From positions 1-41,354 of IMG/VR virus record IMGVR_UViG_3300010274_000001: a stretch of 41,354 nt of DNA. One strand, written 5' to 3'. This DNA comes from a virus. The translations under genes and the position numbers were made by a program. A model generated the notes under the pieces. The model searched no databases, had not been told where the DNA came from, and was given only the letters and a program-made list of their open reading frames with translations. Below, piece by piece: positions 7,699-18,106 of the stretch (position 1 is its first letter; each line of letters begins with the position of its first letter).

Positions 7699-8211
7699 AT
7701 GGCTAATCCTTTTGCTACGTATAGAGCAAGCAAACGATATAATGAAGAATTGGCTAGGATGCAGCAGGAACTATGGGATAATCTAAAGATACAAATAGGA
7801 ATGTTATCTGAACAAAGAAAACAAATGTTAGCCAGTGCTAATCAAGATATTGTCCAACGGAAAATGCAAGGTTATCAAACTCAGCAAGCAACTATAGCTA
7901 GACAGTTAGCTATGGGATTAGGTGCTGGTGGAGGCACTTTATCAGCTGTTCAAGGTAATCTTCAGCAAGCGGTAGCTCAAGACGTGGGTATTATTCAGTC
8001 TAATTTAGCTAACTATCTTGCTCAGACACAATATCAGCAACAACTGATGCAAAGGGAAACAATGTACCAATATTCACAGTATGAGTCACAAAAGCGTAAG
8101 CCAGGATTAGATGCTTTAGAAGCCACACTAGGATTGGTAGCAAATATTGCTTCATTAGACTGGAGTAAACTTGGAGACTTGCTGTCTCCATTATTGTTGA
8201 AAGGAGGATAA
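7699..8211 (+). CDS. Putative internal virion protein (gp13/gp14 position), Q-rich, 170 aa
   Basis: ATG at 7699 follows gaagggagg. The call rests on synteny (after gp12-like, before gp15-like) and the Gln/Gly-rich composition only. Confidence 0.5.
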   Translation: MANPFATYRASKRYNEELARMQQELWDNLKIQIGMLSEQRKQMLASANQDIVQRKMQGYQTQQATIARQLAMGLGAGGGTLSAVQGNLQQAVAQDVGIIQSNLANYLAQTQYQQQLMQRETMYQYSQYESQKRKPGLDALEATLGLVANIASLDWSKLGDLLSPLLLKGG

Positions 8212-8215
8212 ATAT

Positions 8216-10678
8216 ATGGCAGCATTGACTACAACAGAACGTTTAGAAACGCCAGAACTTCCTAAAGAAGAAAGTTTTTATAAAGCCACGACACCTAGCA
8301 TGAAGGTATTTGCCCAACCGTTAAGTATGCCTGTAGATGCTAGTGGTGTTTATGGTGTGCAGCAAACATCCAGTGAGATTGCACAGAAGGCTGAGATATG
8401 GTCTTCTTTGGTAAAAACAACAGCTACAATTACACCATTATTGAATAAAATACAAGAAGAGAATAAGCGTGTGCAACAAATAGAAGGATGGATGACAGCT
8501 GCTTCTGGAGGACAGCTGGATGAGAAAGCTTCAAAATCAATGATGCAAGGATATTATCAATACACTGCAGAGTTGGATTATTCAATCTTCAATAGTTCTA
8601 TGCAAGAATATTATCAGCAAAATAAGATGCAATGGGAAAGTCCTGAAGAAGTACAAAAGGGATTAAATGAATTTTTGAATGAATGGCTGCTAGCTAGACC
8701 TTCCAATGATTATTATTTAGAAACATTTCTTCCACACGCATTGGATATTCAACAATCACTAATAAATGATTGGACACAACAAAAGGTGCAACAAATAAAT
8801 GATGATATAGTTGCAACATCAGTGGCTGGTGTTCAAAATAAAGCTGATGCTTATATTCAGGCTGGTTTACAAAAGTTTTTAAATGTTCCAAATATAAACT
8901 TATTTGATAGTAGTTTTGCTTTTGATACATTAGAGATTACTAATGAATTTAATGAATTCTTAAGATTTGGTTTATCAGAAGTACAAAAAGAAGCAAAAGC
9001 AATGAATTTAACCAGACTTGATGTATCTCAAATATATATTAACCGTATTGGTGAACTTGCAGTAGCATATGGTATGCCTGAATTGTTGGATTTTACAGAT
9101 ATTCCAGATGAGAATGGTATTAAACTTAATCAAACAGTATTTTCAAACACAATTAATCAATATAGAACTGAAGCAATGAAAGTTAAACAATCAAAGATTG
9201 AACAGCAATCCAAAGCACAAGAAGCAATGGACAACGAAACTGTTGATTTATTGTACAAACAATGGTATTATGATATTTCTGATTTTTTAAATGCTTCAAA
9301 ATTTGACCCAACTAGCAAAGTAAGATTTGAAAAGTATTTTAGAGAGGAAGTACTTAACAATGAATATTTATATAAATTAAGTGATAGTAGATTTGCTAAT
9401 ATAATAAATATGGCTAATGAAATATTGTATAACGAACACACATATTCTCAAGTAAGTAATGAAAGAACATTGGCTGAATTAGACAATGCGTTCTATAAAG
9501 GCAAATTAACGGAAGAAATGGTTACACAAGAGTTGCTTAGTAATAATTTATCTTTGAAGGATTACCAAAATTATATGAAGAAATTAAATGATGCAAAAGA
9601 ATTGGAAAATAAACAAGTTCAACAATGGTTAAATGCAAAAACTATTGCAGCTTATGAAGTATATGGAATAACAGAGAATGAATGGATACAAGCTTTAAAT
9701 ACCCAAAACTTTAGTCCTGCTGAAATTGATAAAATTACTGGTATAATGCTTTCACAAAGAGAAGCGGAAGCTAAGACATTAGAAGATTATGAGAAACAAA
9801 AACTTATGGAAGAAGAAGCAATGAAAGCAATGCAACGAAAGGAAAACTATTTAAACTTAAAAAACAGATTAGCTAAGAATGAATTCATTAAACCTGAAGA
9901 AATTATAGAAATGTATGCTTCCAATGAACTTGAAGCTACTGATGCTGACAAGTTATTAGGGACTGTTTATTCTATGATAGATGATGTAAAAACGTTTAAA
10001 ACTAGAAATTTTGATAAGATGATTGAAAAAACAATACAAATGTATGCTGGGTCAATTTATGCCACAATATGGAATAGTGAACTTGAAGCTATTTTATATG
10101 AGAAAGCGAATGAACTTGCAACACAATTTTATGAAATAAATGATTTAACCAGCCCTGATATTCACATATTATTCAGAGACCAAGTATTGACACCATTAGA
10201 GGAATACGCACAACAATATACGTCTTCAGGTGAACTTGGACAAAAGACAATGAGTATGGGTGCAACATATGAAGAGATGTTAAAGAGTTTTGAAGAAGAT
10301 AAGAAGAGCACTGAACCATTTTGGAAAAAGGCTTTTAATAAGCTTTTTGGTAAGGAAGAAGAAATTACAACAAATGCTTATATTTCACCTAATGATGAGT
10401 TATATTCTAACATAACCAATTATACATTGCCTGATGTGATTAGAGAATTAGAAACAGCTGGTTTAACAACTATTGATGCCAAAAGTATAGCTTATGATGA
10501 GACTAGAAACTTCATTGTAGAAAAATTGAAAGCTGGAGCAGACCCTGCAAAACTTCAGATTTATTTAGTTACACAAAAAGGCTTTACAGATGCAGAAGCA
10601 CGAAAAATTATAACTGAAGTTATAAAAACTTATGGCGCAGATTTGATGAAGTCTCCGTATGTTCCGCAACAAAAGTAA
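8216..10678 (+). CDS. Putative internal virion / core protein (gp15 position), 820 aa, helical
   Basis: SD aaaggagg. Size and position match T7 gp15 (747 aa). I recognised no catalytic motif. Confidence 0.55.
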   Translation: MAALTTTERLETPELPKEESFYKATTPSMKVFAQPLSMPVDASGVYGVQQTSSEIAQKAEIWSSLVKTTATITPLLNKIQEENKRVQQIEGWMTAASGGQLDEKASKSMMQGYYQYTAELDYSIFNSSMQEYYQQNKMQWESPEEVQKGLNEFLNEWLLARPSNDYYLETFLPHALDIQQSLINDWTQQKVQQINDDIVATSVAGVQNKADAYIQAGLQKFLNVPNINLFDSSFAFDTLEITNEFNEFLRFGLSEVQKEAKAMNLTRLDVSQIYINRIGELAVAYGMPELLDFTDIPDENGIKLNQTVFSNTINQYRTEAMKVKQSKIEQQSKAQEAMDNETVDLLYKQWYYDISDFLNASKFDPTSKVRFEKYFREEVLNNEYLYKLSDSRFANIINMANEILYNEHTYSQVSNERTLAELDNAFYKGKLTEEMVTQELLSNNLSLKDYQNYMKKLNDAKELENKQVQQWLNAKTIAAYEVYGITENEWIQALNTQNFSPAEIDKITGIMLSQREAEAKTLEDYEKQKLMEEEAMKAMQRKENYLNLKNRLAKNEFIKPEEIIEMYASNELEATDADKLLGTVYSMIDDVKTFKTRNFDKMIEKTIQMYAGSIYATIWNSELEAILYEKANELATQFYEINDLTSPDIHILFRDQVLTPLEEYAQQYTSSGELGQKTMSMGATYEEMLKSFEEDKKSTEPFWKKAFNKLFGKEEEITTNAYISPNDELYSNITNYTLPDVIRELETAGLTTIDAKSIAYDETRNFIVEKLKAGADPAKLQIYLVTQKGFTDAEARKIITEVIKTYGADLMKSPYVPQQK

Positions 10679-10691
10679 AGGAGGTATAAAT

Positions 10692-12155
10692 ATGCAATTA
10701 TCCCCAGAGCAAATTGCTACTTTAAATGAAGAAATATATTCAGAATTATTACCAACATATTTAGACTTAATAGACCAACATTTCAAAGAAATTAATCCTG
10801 ATGTGTCAAAGTTAGCTAAACCTGGTACAGAAGAGCGCCAAAAGCAAGAACAATTTATACTAAATGTTTTAAAAATAGCTGATGAAGAAGATGTTGACCC
10901 ATTGTTACTGTTAAATTTATCAGCTACTGAATCAACACTGGGATTAGATAAAGGGAAAATTGGAAATGCATTTCAAATTTATAAAAGTACATGGGAATCA
11001 GCGAAAAGTTATTTTTCCTTACACAAATATTTATTTGAAGATGAAAAATTACCTGATATTTTAACCAAAACCATTGATGAAATTAATGGAAACACCGAAA
11101 ATGAAGTAAAAGCTGCAATTTATGTTTTAAGATATTCAGCTTTAAATGCTTTACATTCTGCTGGAATGAAAGATAATAGAGATGTTATAACTGGAATTTA
11201 TGAACATGCCAATAAAGCACTAAAGGAGCCAGAAAAATCTGACTATGATGCAATATTAAATTTAATGATTGCGACTTATCGTAATGGTGCTGGAAATTTA
11301 TATGGTTCAGATGTTGGAAAAAAATTTCAGAAAGATATTGTTTTATCAGACCCTAGTCTCAAAGGTGATGTTGCTACTGTTATAAAAAATATTAATGAAA
11401 CAGTGCCAAAATATTCTGATATGTTCAAAATTACCACAGCAGATAATTTAGAAACACTGAATGATTATAATACTAAAGTAAGGCCTAATGTTACTGAAAA
11501 AGAACTAATTACTACGAAAGAAGCTGAGGTTACACAAACAAAAACTCAAGAATATATTGCAAAATCAGAAAAATTAAAATTAGCTGAAATACCAGTTGAA
11601 CCAGAAACAATTACACCAGAAGCTGCCGAAACAATTCATCATCCTTTTCAAGCACCAACTAATGTACAATTAACATCTTCAAAAGATACTCTTAAAGAAT
11701 TTTATGAAAATTTAAGCAAAATTCAACAACCTGAAGTAAGTATGGAAGCTGCTAAAGTAGAAGAAACAATTCCAGAGTCTCCAAAGATGCCGACTAGTAA
11801 AGACATATTTTCTAAACCTTTAAGCATAGATTTAAAAGCAAAACCTATACTTTTTAAAGATGTTGTAAAGGAAGTATATAAAGAAGATTTAGAAACTATA
11901 ATATCACAGCAACCAAAATTACCTTCAGAAGCTGTAGATTTTTTATTACTTTCTGCAGTAGAAGAGCCACCTCAGAAAGAACAAACAGTAATAGAAGTTC
12001 CCACTAGACGTACTCCAGATTATGAACAATATGAACCTGAAATATGGCGTTTGAAAATTGGTACTGTTAAACCGCTTGGAGTAAAGAAACAGGAAAAACG
12101 AAAAGCCACCAAACGTACACAGTTATTGGAGCAAAAAATGTATGGGGGTGAATAA
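10692..12155 (+). CDS. Virion-associated lytic transglycosylase (SLT domain) with a Pro/Glu/Lys-rich C-terminal half
   Basis: ATG at 10692 follows aaaggagg. SLT-type motifs are present: LSATESTLG (catalytic E-S), GNAFQIY (GLMQ-like) and IATYRNGAGN (AYNxG-like). In T7 this domain is the N-terminus of gp16. Confidence 0.7.
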   Translation: MQLSPEQIATLNEEIYSELLPTYLDLIDQHFKEINPDVSKLAKPGTEERQKQEQFILNVLKIADEEDVDPLLLLNLSATESTLGLDKGKIGNAFQIYKSTWESAKSYFSLHKYLFEDEKLPDILTKTIDEINGNTENEVKAAIYVLRYSALNALHSAGMKDNRDVITGIYEHANKALKEPEKSDYDAILNLMIATYRNGAGNLYGSDVGKKFQKDIVLSDPSLKGDVATVIKNINETVPKYSDMFKITTADNLETLNDYNTKVRPNVTEKELITTKEAEVTQTKTQEYIAKSEKLKLAEIPVEPETITPEAAETIHHPFQAPTNVQLTSSKDTLKEFYENLSKIQQPEVSMEAAKVEETIPESPKMPTSKDIFSKPLSIDLKAKPILFKDVVKEVYKEDLETIISQQPKLPSEAVDFLLLSAVEEPPQKEQTVIEVPTRRTPDYEQYEPEIWRLKIGTVKPLGVKKQEKRKATKRTQLLEQKMYGGE

Positions 12156-12158
12156 TAT

Positions 12159-15100
12159 ATGCCTATAACTTTAGCACAAAACCAACCAGAAGAACAAATA
12201 AATGCACCAGTTTTAAAAACTGAAGAAGATAAACAACTATCTAAGAAAGAGCAGAAGCAACTAAGTACTGCAATGGGTGTTGTATATCCTATGATGCAAC
12301 CAGAACAAACACAGCTAGAAAAGACTTTATGGCAGATTTCAGATTTTATAACCATTATGTCAGATTCAATCCTTTATAGAACACCGACTTTAGATACAAC
12401 ACTTTCCCCTACAGCCCAAATGGTTGCTTCTTATGCTGGTAGTTTAAGTAGAGATATAATATTGACAATGGCAGGATATACAGCTGTTGATGCTTTAACA
12501 AGAAGTATTAGTGGCATATCATGGGTTAATAAAGCTTTGCGTTCAATGCCTTCGTTAGTCTATGAAGGGATAAGAGGTGCTGCAGCAGGTGCTGTAAAAA
12601 CAGGTTTTAGTAAGATGTTAAATCCTGATATAGATTGGTATTACACAGCAATAAGTGTTGCTGAATATGGCGGTGGTGATTTTTCACGTGAGCTTACTAA
12701 TATAATTTTGAGAAAGACGTCACTTAGTCCAGTAACTAAAGAAATACTAGCATATGCTGCAGATGTTGTTGGTGGGGCTACAGCAGGATTAGCGATACAT
12801 GGAGAAATAGATGACTTTGCAAAAGAAGTTATCAGTGTTCAAGCTGTTGCTATGGGTGTAGTTGATGTTTTACTTAGTGGTGCACTTACTGGAGGTCCTA
12901 AGTTATCGGTTGATGATGTGTATATTAAAGAGTTACAAACAATAAAACAACAATTAAGTGCAGGAGAAATGGACCCTTTTGTAGCATTAAATAATGTTGA
13001 TGCTCTAGCAAAAGTTTATGACTTGGATGCAAAAGCTATTGTGGATAGTTTCGAATATAATTTTAAAGAAGATTTAACAAAAAATGTTGATAAGTTAAAA
13101 GCAGAAATGGTTGAGTCCATAATTTCTAAGAAAGTTGAAGTCACACCTAAAGAAGCTGAGGCTATTTCTAAAGTAGCTGAAAAATTACCTGAAACTCCTG
13201 AAGGTGTACCATTAGTAACTCCAGAAGAAGGAGGACCAATAAATACACTAAGATTAAATACTGAACCTGAAGTTATAAAAGAAGTTTATGACATGGCTGA
13301 AGCTATTGAAGAAGCACAAGGAAAACCAAAGATAACATTTGAAGAAGCTAAAAAGATAGTTGGTGCTGAAGCTGAACCGTTAAAAACTATGACTCCTGAA
13401 GCTTTGGCAGATGAATTAGGAATAGTTTTAGACAATGCTAAAGCACTATCTAAAGCTTTAGAAACCGCACCAACTGAAGTACTAAAATATAGAGATACTG
13501 TAGTTAATTTAGGAACAATTATCCAAAAGTATGCAATAGACTTAAATAATAAGCTTTCACAAGGAATAGAAGTTCCCGAAGCAGACAAAATTAAGCTAAC
13601 AGAATTGTTGACAATCCAACATTCATTGGTTTCTGATGTGAAAAATATATCTACTAAAGTAGCACAGACGTTATCATTAATGGGAGCTGAAGTTGATGGA
13701 AAGTTAGTAGACTTCAGTAACCTTACTGATGCTGATTTATTTAGGTCACAAGATGCACAGTGGTTATATGAGGGAGTAAAGAAAGCAAACATATCAACAG
13801 ATGATTTTGAAGTTTTGGTAGCTAAAATTGCCAATGCAGAAAGCATTGCTGATGTTAATCAAGCGTTGATTAAGTCACCATTTAGTAAACGTTTGATTGA
13901 CTTTCTTGTTGATTATAAAACCATGAATATTTTGACTAATTTTAATACTCACAAACGTAATGTGGTATCACAGGCTGCCAATCAACTATATGATATTATG
14001 GTTGATTATATGGCAGCATTTACAGGAAAAATTTCAGGTAGTGATGCTATAGCTTTTAAAGATGTTAATAACAAACTTTTAGGAATATTAGAAGGAATGA
14101 CTAATGGATTAGCACGACCAGTAGTTGGTGTGAAAGATATGTATGGCATTATGCATGCTAAAGAAAATCCTAGCTCCTTAGATGTTTTAGGACTAATGAT
14201 GTTTAAGCCTCAAGAGTTCAACAAATATCTAGAAATGACACAGATTGAAGGAACTAAAGCTAAACTAGAGCAAGTAGAAACACAAGCACCAATGCATAAA
14301 CTATTTGGTGATGCTGCTGAGAAAAGCACATTTTTAGGATTTTTAGCTGATGTATCAGATTATACTTTAGGTCATATGCGTACTTTTAGTTATGGTATGC
14401 TAGAATTTACAGATAGACCATTTGCCTATGGTGCATATACAGGGGAAGTGAGATTTACATTATCACAGTTATCAAGAATGAATCCAGATATGGAATTAGA
14501 TACCAAAGCTTTAACTAATGCAGCTGTTGAATATCGTGGTGTTAAAAATGTATTTGATAAAGTACAATATTATGCTCAGACACAAAAAGGGCTGTCTTTA
14601 GAAGAGAGTTTAGAATGGACAAAAAATGCATTAATTCAACAGGAATTCAAACCAGAAATTATTGATTATGTTATTAAAGAGAAAACTAATCCTAATGCTT
14701 TAGCCAGCGATACAAATTATAATTTAATAAAGTATTTGGATTCAATAGGGATAGAAAAAGCCACAAAAATGACTTGGAAAAGTGAATTAGAGTTTAATAT
14801 AAACAGAACAATAGAACAAGGTTTAAACAATATAAAACTTTTAAAACTTATTCAACCTTTCTTCCATACACCTGCTGCTATCATTGAAAAGGGTACAGAA
14901 GTTATGGGGGTTAGACCCAGTTTATGGCAGAAAGCTTTTAATAGTAGCAATAAGTTAGACCAACAAAGAGCAATAGGGGCTTTAGCAACATCAGGACTTA
15001 CATGGTTAGGAGCAGTTATGTTGTATTTAGAGGGTAGATTAACACCAACATCACGTGATGAATATGAGCAAAGAATGATGTCTGAAGCTGGTATTCAGGA

Positions 15101-15905
15101 AAATTCAATCAAAATAAAAGATAAATGGGTGAACATTAATACATTAGACCCATACCCTGCTTTTGTGTTTACTACTGCAGCCAATCTTGCTAGAGCTTTA
15201 GAAGAAACACAAGACCCTGAAAAGTATGAAGAATTTACTGATTACGTGCAACAATTTCTTTGGATTAATGCTAACAACCTTATGAATAAAACGTATTTTG
15301 AAAGTTTGGCGGATTTTTTCAATGCTTTAGTAGGGGTTAATCCCGAAAATTATATTAAAAACTTTGCACAGTCTTTTAAACCGTTCTATGGTCTTAATAA
15401 ATATTTTCAGCAAACATTTCAAAAATATTATGTTGATGTTAATGGAAAAGTGATGAAAAATATGCCTCAGTTAGATAGTTATGGGAAACCAATCATACAA
15501 TATGATTACGTAATGGGGCTTAGGGCATCTACAGAAAGTGAATCTCCAATAAGAAAAGAAATGGCAAAACTAGGATATAAGATACCAAGAATGAATAACA
15601 CAGTTGATGGAATTAATTTAGACCCTGAATTGTATTATATGATGTTAAAATATTTGGATGTGGGTTTACATATGGAAGATAAATTAAACAATATTATTTC
15701 TCAAAAATCATATGAGAAACTACCTGATAAAACTAAAATTCAAGTCTTAGATAGTGCTGTTAAGCGATTTCATGAAGAAGCACGTAATTTTGCTAGAAGT
15801 GTACTTGCTAGCCAGGGGACTTATCAGCAGGAAATACTTCAAAAATTTGAACGTAAACAGCAACCAGTAATAAAGCCACCCTGGATAAAAGAGGAGGGAA
15901 AATAA
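12159..15905 (+). CDS. Large internal virion / ejection protein (gp16 position), 1248 aa
   Basis: SD gggggtga. Size (T7 gp16 is 1318 aa) and position fit. It has hydrophobic Gly/Ala-rich segments near the N-terminus and another near residue 990. Confidence 0.6.
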   Translation: MPITLAQNQPEEQINAPVLKTEEDKQLSKKEQKQLSTAMGVVYPMMQPEQTQLEKTLWQISDFITIMSDSILYRTPTLDTTLSPTAQMVASYAGSLSRDIILTMAGYTAVDALTRSISGISWVNKALRSMPSLVYEGIRGAAAGAVKTGFSKMLNPDIDWYYTAISVAEYGGGDFSRELTNIILRKTSLSPVTKEILAYAADVVGGATAGLAIHGEIDDFAKEVISVQAVAMGVVDVLLSGALTGGPKLSVDDVYIKELQTIKQQLSAGEMDPFVALNNVDALAKVYDLDAKAIVDSFEYNFKEDLTKNVDKLKAEMVESIISKKVEVTPKEAEAISKVAEKLPETPEGVPLVTPEEGGPINTLRLNTEPEVIKEVYDMAEAIEEAQGKPKITFEEAKKIVGAEAEPLKTMTPEALADELGIVLDNAKALSKALETAPTEVLKYRDTVVNLGTIIQKYAIDLNNKLSQGIEVPEADKIKLTELLTIQHSLVSDVKNISTKVAQTLSLMGAEVDGKLVDFSNLTDADLFRSQDAQWLYEGVKKANISTDDFEVLVAKIANAESIADVNQALIKSPFSKRLIDFLVDYKTMNILTNFNTHKRNVVSQAANQLYDIMVDYMAAFTGKISGSDAIAFKDVNNKLLGILEGMTNGLARPVVGVKDMYGIMHAKENPSSLDVLGLMMFKPQEFNKYLEMTQIEGTKAKLEQVETQAPMHKLFGDAAEKSTFLGFLADVSDYTLGHMRTFSYGMLEFTDRPFAYGAYTGEVRFTLSQLSRMNPDMELDTKALTNAAVEYRGVKNVFDKVQYYAQTQKGLSLEESLEWTKNALIQQEFKPEIIDYVIKEKTNPNALASDTNYNLIKYLDSIGIEKATKMTWKSELEFNINRTIEQGLNNIKLLKLIQPFFHTPAAIIEKGTEVMGVRPSLWQKAFNSSNKLDQQRAIGALATSGLTWLGAVMLYLEGRLTPTSRDEYEQRMMSEAGIQENSIKIKDKWVNINTLDPYPAFVFTTAANLARALEETQDPEKYEEFTDYVQQFLWINANNLMNKTYFESLADFFNALVGVNPENYIKNFAQSFKPFYGLNKYFQQTFQKYYVDVNGKVMKNMPQLDSYGKPIIQYDYVMGLRASTESESPIRKEMAKLGYKIPRMNNTVDGINLDPELYYMMLKYLDVGLHMEDKLNNIISQKSYEKLPDKTKIQVLDSAVKRFHEEARNFARSVLASQGTYQQEILQKFERKQQPVIKPPWIKEEGK

Positions 15906-15906
15906 T

Positions 15907-16167
15907 ATGGCAGATTTAATAATGGCAATACCTCCAAATGTTTTTCTATGGTTGGTACCTTTTATGTTTATTGTTATTATTATATTCTCTGAGCTGCGAA
16001 ACAAAATGCTAACAAATAGTATTGAGAAGCTTGATAAAACCGTAGAAAAACTATCAAATCTTTTGGATAAACAAGACAAGGCGCTAGACGAAATAACACA
16101 ACGTCTAATAAGGGTTGAAGTGGAGCTAGATACACTGAAGCACAGGGAGCGTGGTAGTAATGCCTAG
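15907..16167 (+). CDS. Small membrane protein with one N-terminal TM helix and a coiled coil; holin or spanin-like candidate
   Basis: Hydrophobic stretch FLWLVPFMFIVIIIF followed by a heptad-like charged region. It occupies the T7 gene 17.5/18.5 neighbourhood, just before the terminase genes. Confidence 0.5.
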   Translation: MADLIMAIPPNVFLWLVPFMFIVIIIFSELRNKMLTNSIEKLDKTVEKLSNLLDKQDKALDEITQRLIRVEVELDTLKHRERGSNA

Positions 16168-16381
16168 GTTATCTAAAGATGAAAAACTAAAAAAGAATTT
16201 AGATGACTTATATTATGACACTGTGGAATATTTATTGGAAAAGGTGCAAAATAAGGAATTGATTGCTACTGATATTACAAACATAATAAGGCTTTTAAAA
16301 GAAACAGGGACTATAATAAATGATAAAACATCTGAAGATAGTTTAGAATATATTGAATTACCTTTTATAGAGGATGAGTGA
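16160..16381 (+). CDS. Putative small terminase subunit (gp18 position), 73 aa
   Basis: It sits immediately upstream of, and overlaps, the large terminase. It is small, acidic and helical. The call is by position only. Confidence 0.45.
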   Translation: MPRLSKDEKLKKNLDDLYYDTVEYLLEKVQNKELIATDITNIIRLLKETGTIINDKTSEDSLEYIELPFIEDE

Positions 16382-18090
16382 TGCCTATGAATAAAACAGC
16401 CTATTATACAGCGCTACAAAAAAACTTCAAAAACTTTCTATACCTAATATGGCATTACTTAAACCTTCCAGCACCAACTAAAAGACAGTATGAAGTAGCA
16501 GATTACCTTCAACACTCTGAGAGCAAACGTAGGATAATAGAAGCTTATAGAGGTTTTGGAAAGTCTTGGATAACTTCAGCATATGTTTTATGGAAGCTAT
16601 TTAAGAATCCTAATGAAAAGATTCTAGTGCTTAGTGCTTCCAGAGATAGGGCGCAGAATTTTACTAACTTTACCCAAAAGTTGATTATAACTATACCAGA
16701 GCTACGCTTTATGGTCCCTCCAGCGTATATGAGATGGTCTTCAACTAGCTTTGACATAAACGGTGCTTTGCCTTCCCATGCGCCCAGTGTGAAAGCTAGT
16801 GGTATCTTTTCACAGATAACAGGTGCTAGAGCTACTGAAATAGTCTTAGATGACGTAGAAACTATTAACACAGTTGAAACCGAAACAATGAGAAATAAGC
16901 TATATACAACACTATCTGAAATAGAAAACATAGTTATGCCAGAAGGATACATAACATACCTTGGAACACCACATAGTATGGATAGTATATATGGACCAAA
17001 CAAATTGCTTTCTAGGGGTTATGATGCCTTTATAGTACCAGCAAGGTACCCTAAAATAGAAGATTTACACCACTATCATGGGAAATTATCTCCATTTATA
17101 CTTCAGGAGTTGATGGAAAATCCCGAGTTAGAAGGACAACCAACAGACAGGTACACTGAAGAGGAATTGACAATGCGTGAATACACTGGTGGGCGTGCCA
17201 ACTTTTTAATGCAATACATGTTGGATACTTTTGAAACAGATGAGAGAAAATATCCATTGCAGCTGAAGAATTTTATAGTAATGGATACAGACAAAATTAA
17301 GGCTCCAGTAAGTATAAAACATTCACTAAAAGATGAGCATAAGCTAAGTGCATACACTAATTTAGGTATTGCAGGAGATGATGGTTTATATATGCCTTCT
17401 AGAGTAGATGAAGAATGGCTTAAATATGATGGCATTTATATGGCTATAGACCCTGCAGGAAAGGGTGTAGACCAGACAGCGTATGTTGTTATAGGGCAGC
17501 TTAACGGAAACCTTTACATTCTTGACCTGGGTGGTCTAGAAGGTGGCTATGATGAAAACACACTAACTATACTAGCACAGAAAGCTAAGGAATATAATGT
17601 TACTAGAATATATATTGAAGCTAATTTTGGGGATGGTATGTTTACAAAGCTATTTCAGCCAATACTGCTAAGATTTCATCAGTGTGTTGTAGAAGAGGTT
17701 AAACAGTTTACCCAGAAAGAGAAGCGAATTATAGATACACTAGAGCCAGTATTGTCACAACATAGGCTGGTTATAGATACCGAAGTTATTAATAGGGAGT
17801 ACAATTTATATCTTAGAAATGATTTATATGTGTACTCTTTATTGTATCAGATGACAAACCTATGTGATATGAAAGATGCACTTAAACACGATGATAAAGT
17901 CGATGTTTTAGCTATTGGTGTAAAGGCATGGCAGCAAGCGTTAGGCTTAGATACTGAAAAAGTTTTAGAGGAATATAAAGAACAGCAACTAATGGAGCTT
18001 TTAAAACGTAGAAGCGAATCTGTTTCAGTGTTTAATAAGAAGAATACATATGCACCAAAAGATGAACGAACGCTGTTTTTAAACTTCTAA
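16381..18090 (+). CDS. Terminase large subunit (T7 gp19-like)
   Basis: Walker-A-like YRGFGKSWITS, a Walker-B-like hydrophobic strand ending in DD (EIVLDDVE), and a C-terminal nuclease-type region (AIDPAGKG...). Size is 569 aa. ATG codons at 16381 and 16387 are both possible starts. Confidence 0.88.
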   Translation: MPMNKTAYYTALQKNFKNFLYLIWHYLNLPAPTKRQYEVADYLQHSESKRRIIEAYRGFGKSWITSAYVLWKLFKNPNEKILVLSASRDRAQNFTNFTQKLIITIPELRFMVPPAYMRWSSTSFDINGALPSHAPSVKASGIFSQITGARATEIVLDDVETINTVETETMRNKLYTTLSEIENIVMPEGYITYLGTPHSMDSIYGPNKLLSRGYDAFIVPARYPKIEDLHHYHGKLSPFILQELMENPELEGQPTDRYTEEELTMREYTGGRANFLMQYMLDTFETDERKYPLQLKNFIVMDTDKIKAPVSIKHSLKDEHKLSAYTNLGIAGDDGLYMPSRVDEEWLKYDGIYMAIDPAGKGVDQTAYVVIGQLNGNLYILDLGGLEGGYDENTLTILAQKAKEYNVTRIYIEANFGDGMFTKLFQPILLRFHQCVVEEVKQFTQKEKRIIDTLEPVLSQHRLVIDTEVINREYNLYLRNDLYVYSLLYQMTNLCDMKDALKHDDKVDVLAIGVKAWQQALGLDTEKVLEEYKEQQLMELLKRRSESVSVFNKKNTYAPKDERTLFLNF

Positions 18091-18106
18091 TGAAGGAGGT
18101 GTAATA

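Noticed and set aside
13286-13846. 186-aa antisense ORF within the gp16-like gene. The same applies to 16545-17003, 17103-17435, 12020-12355, 26466-26867, 27214-27630, 33841-34074 and other short opposite-strand ORFs.
   Set aside because: All are embedded antisense in long, well-supported genes. They lack SDs and show Ser/Cys/Phe/Ile-rich compositions typical of chance frames.
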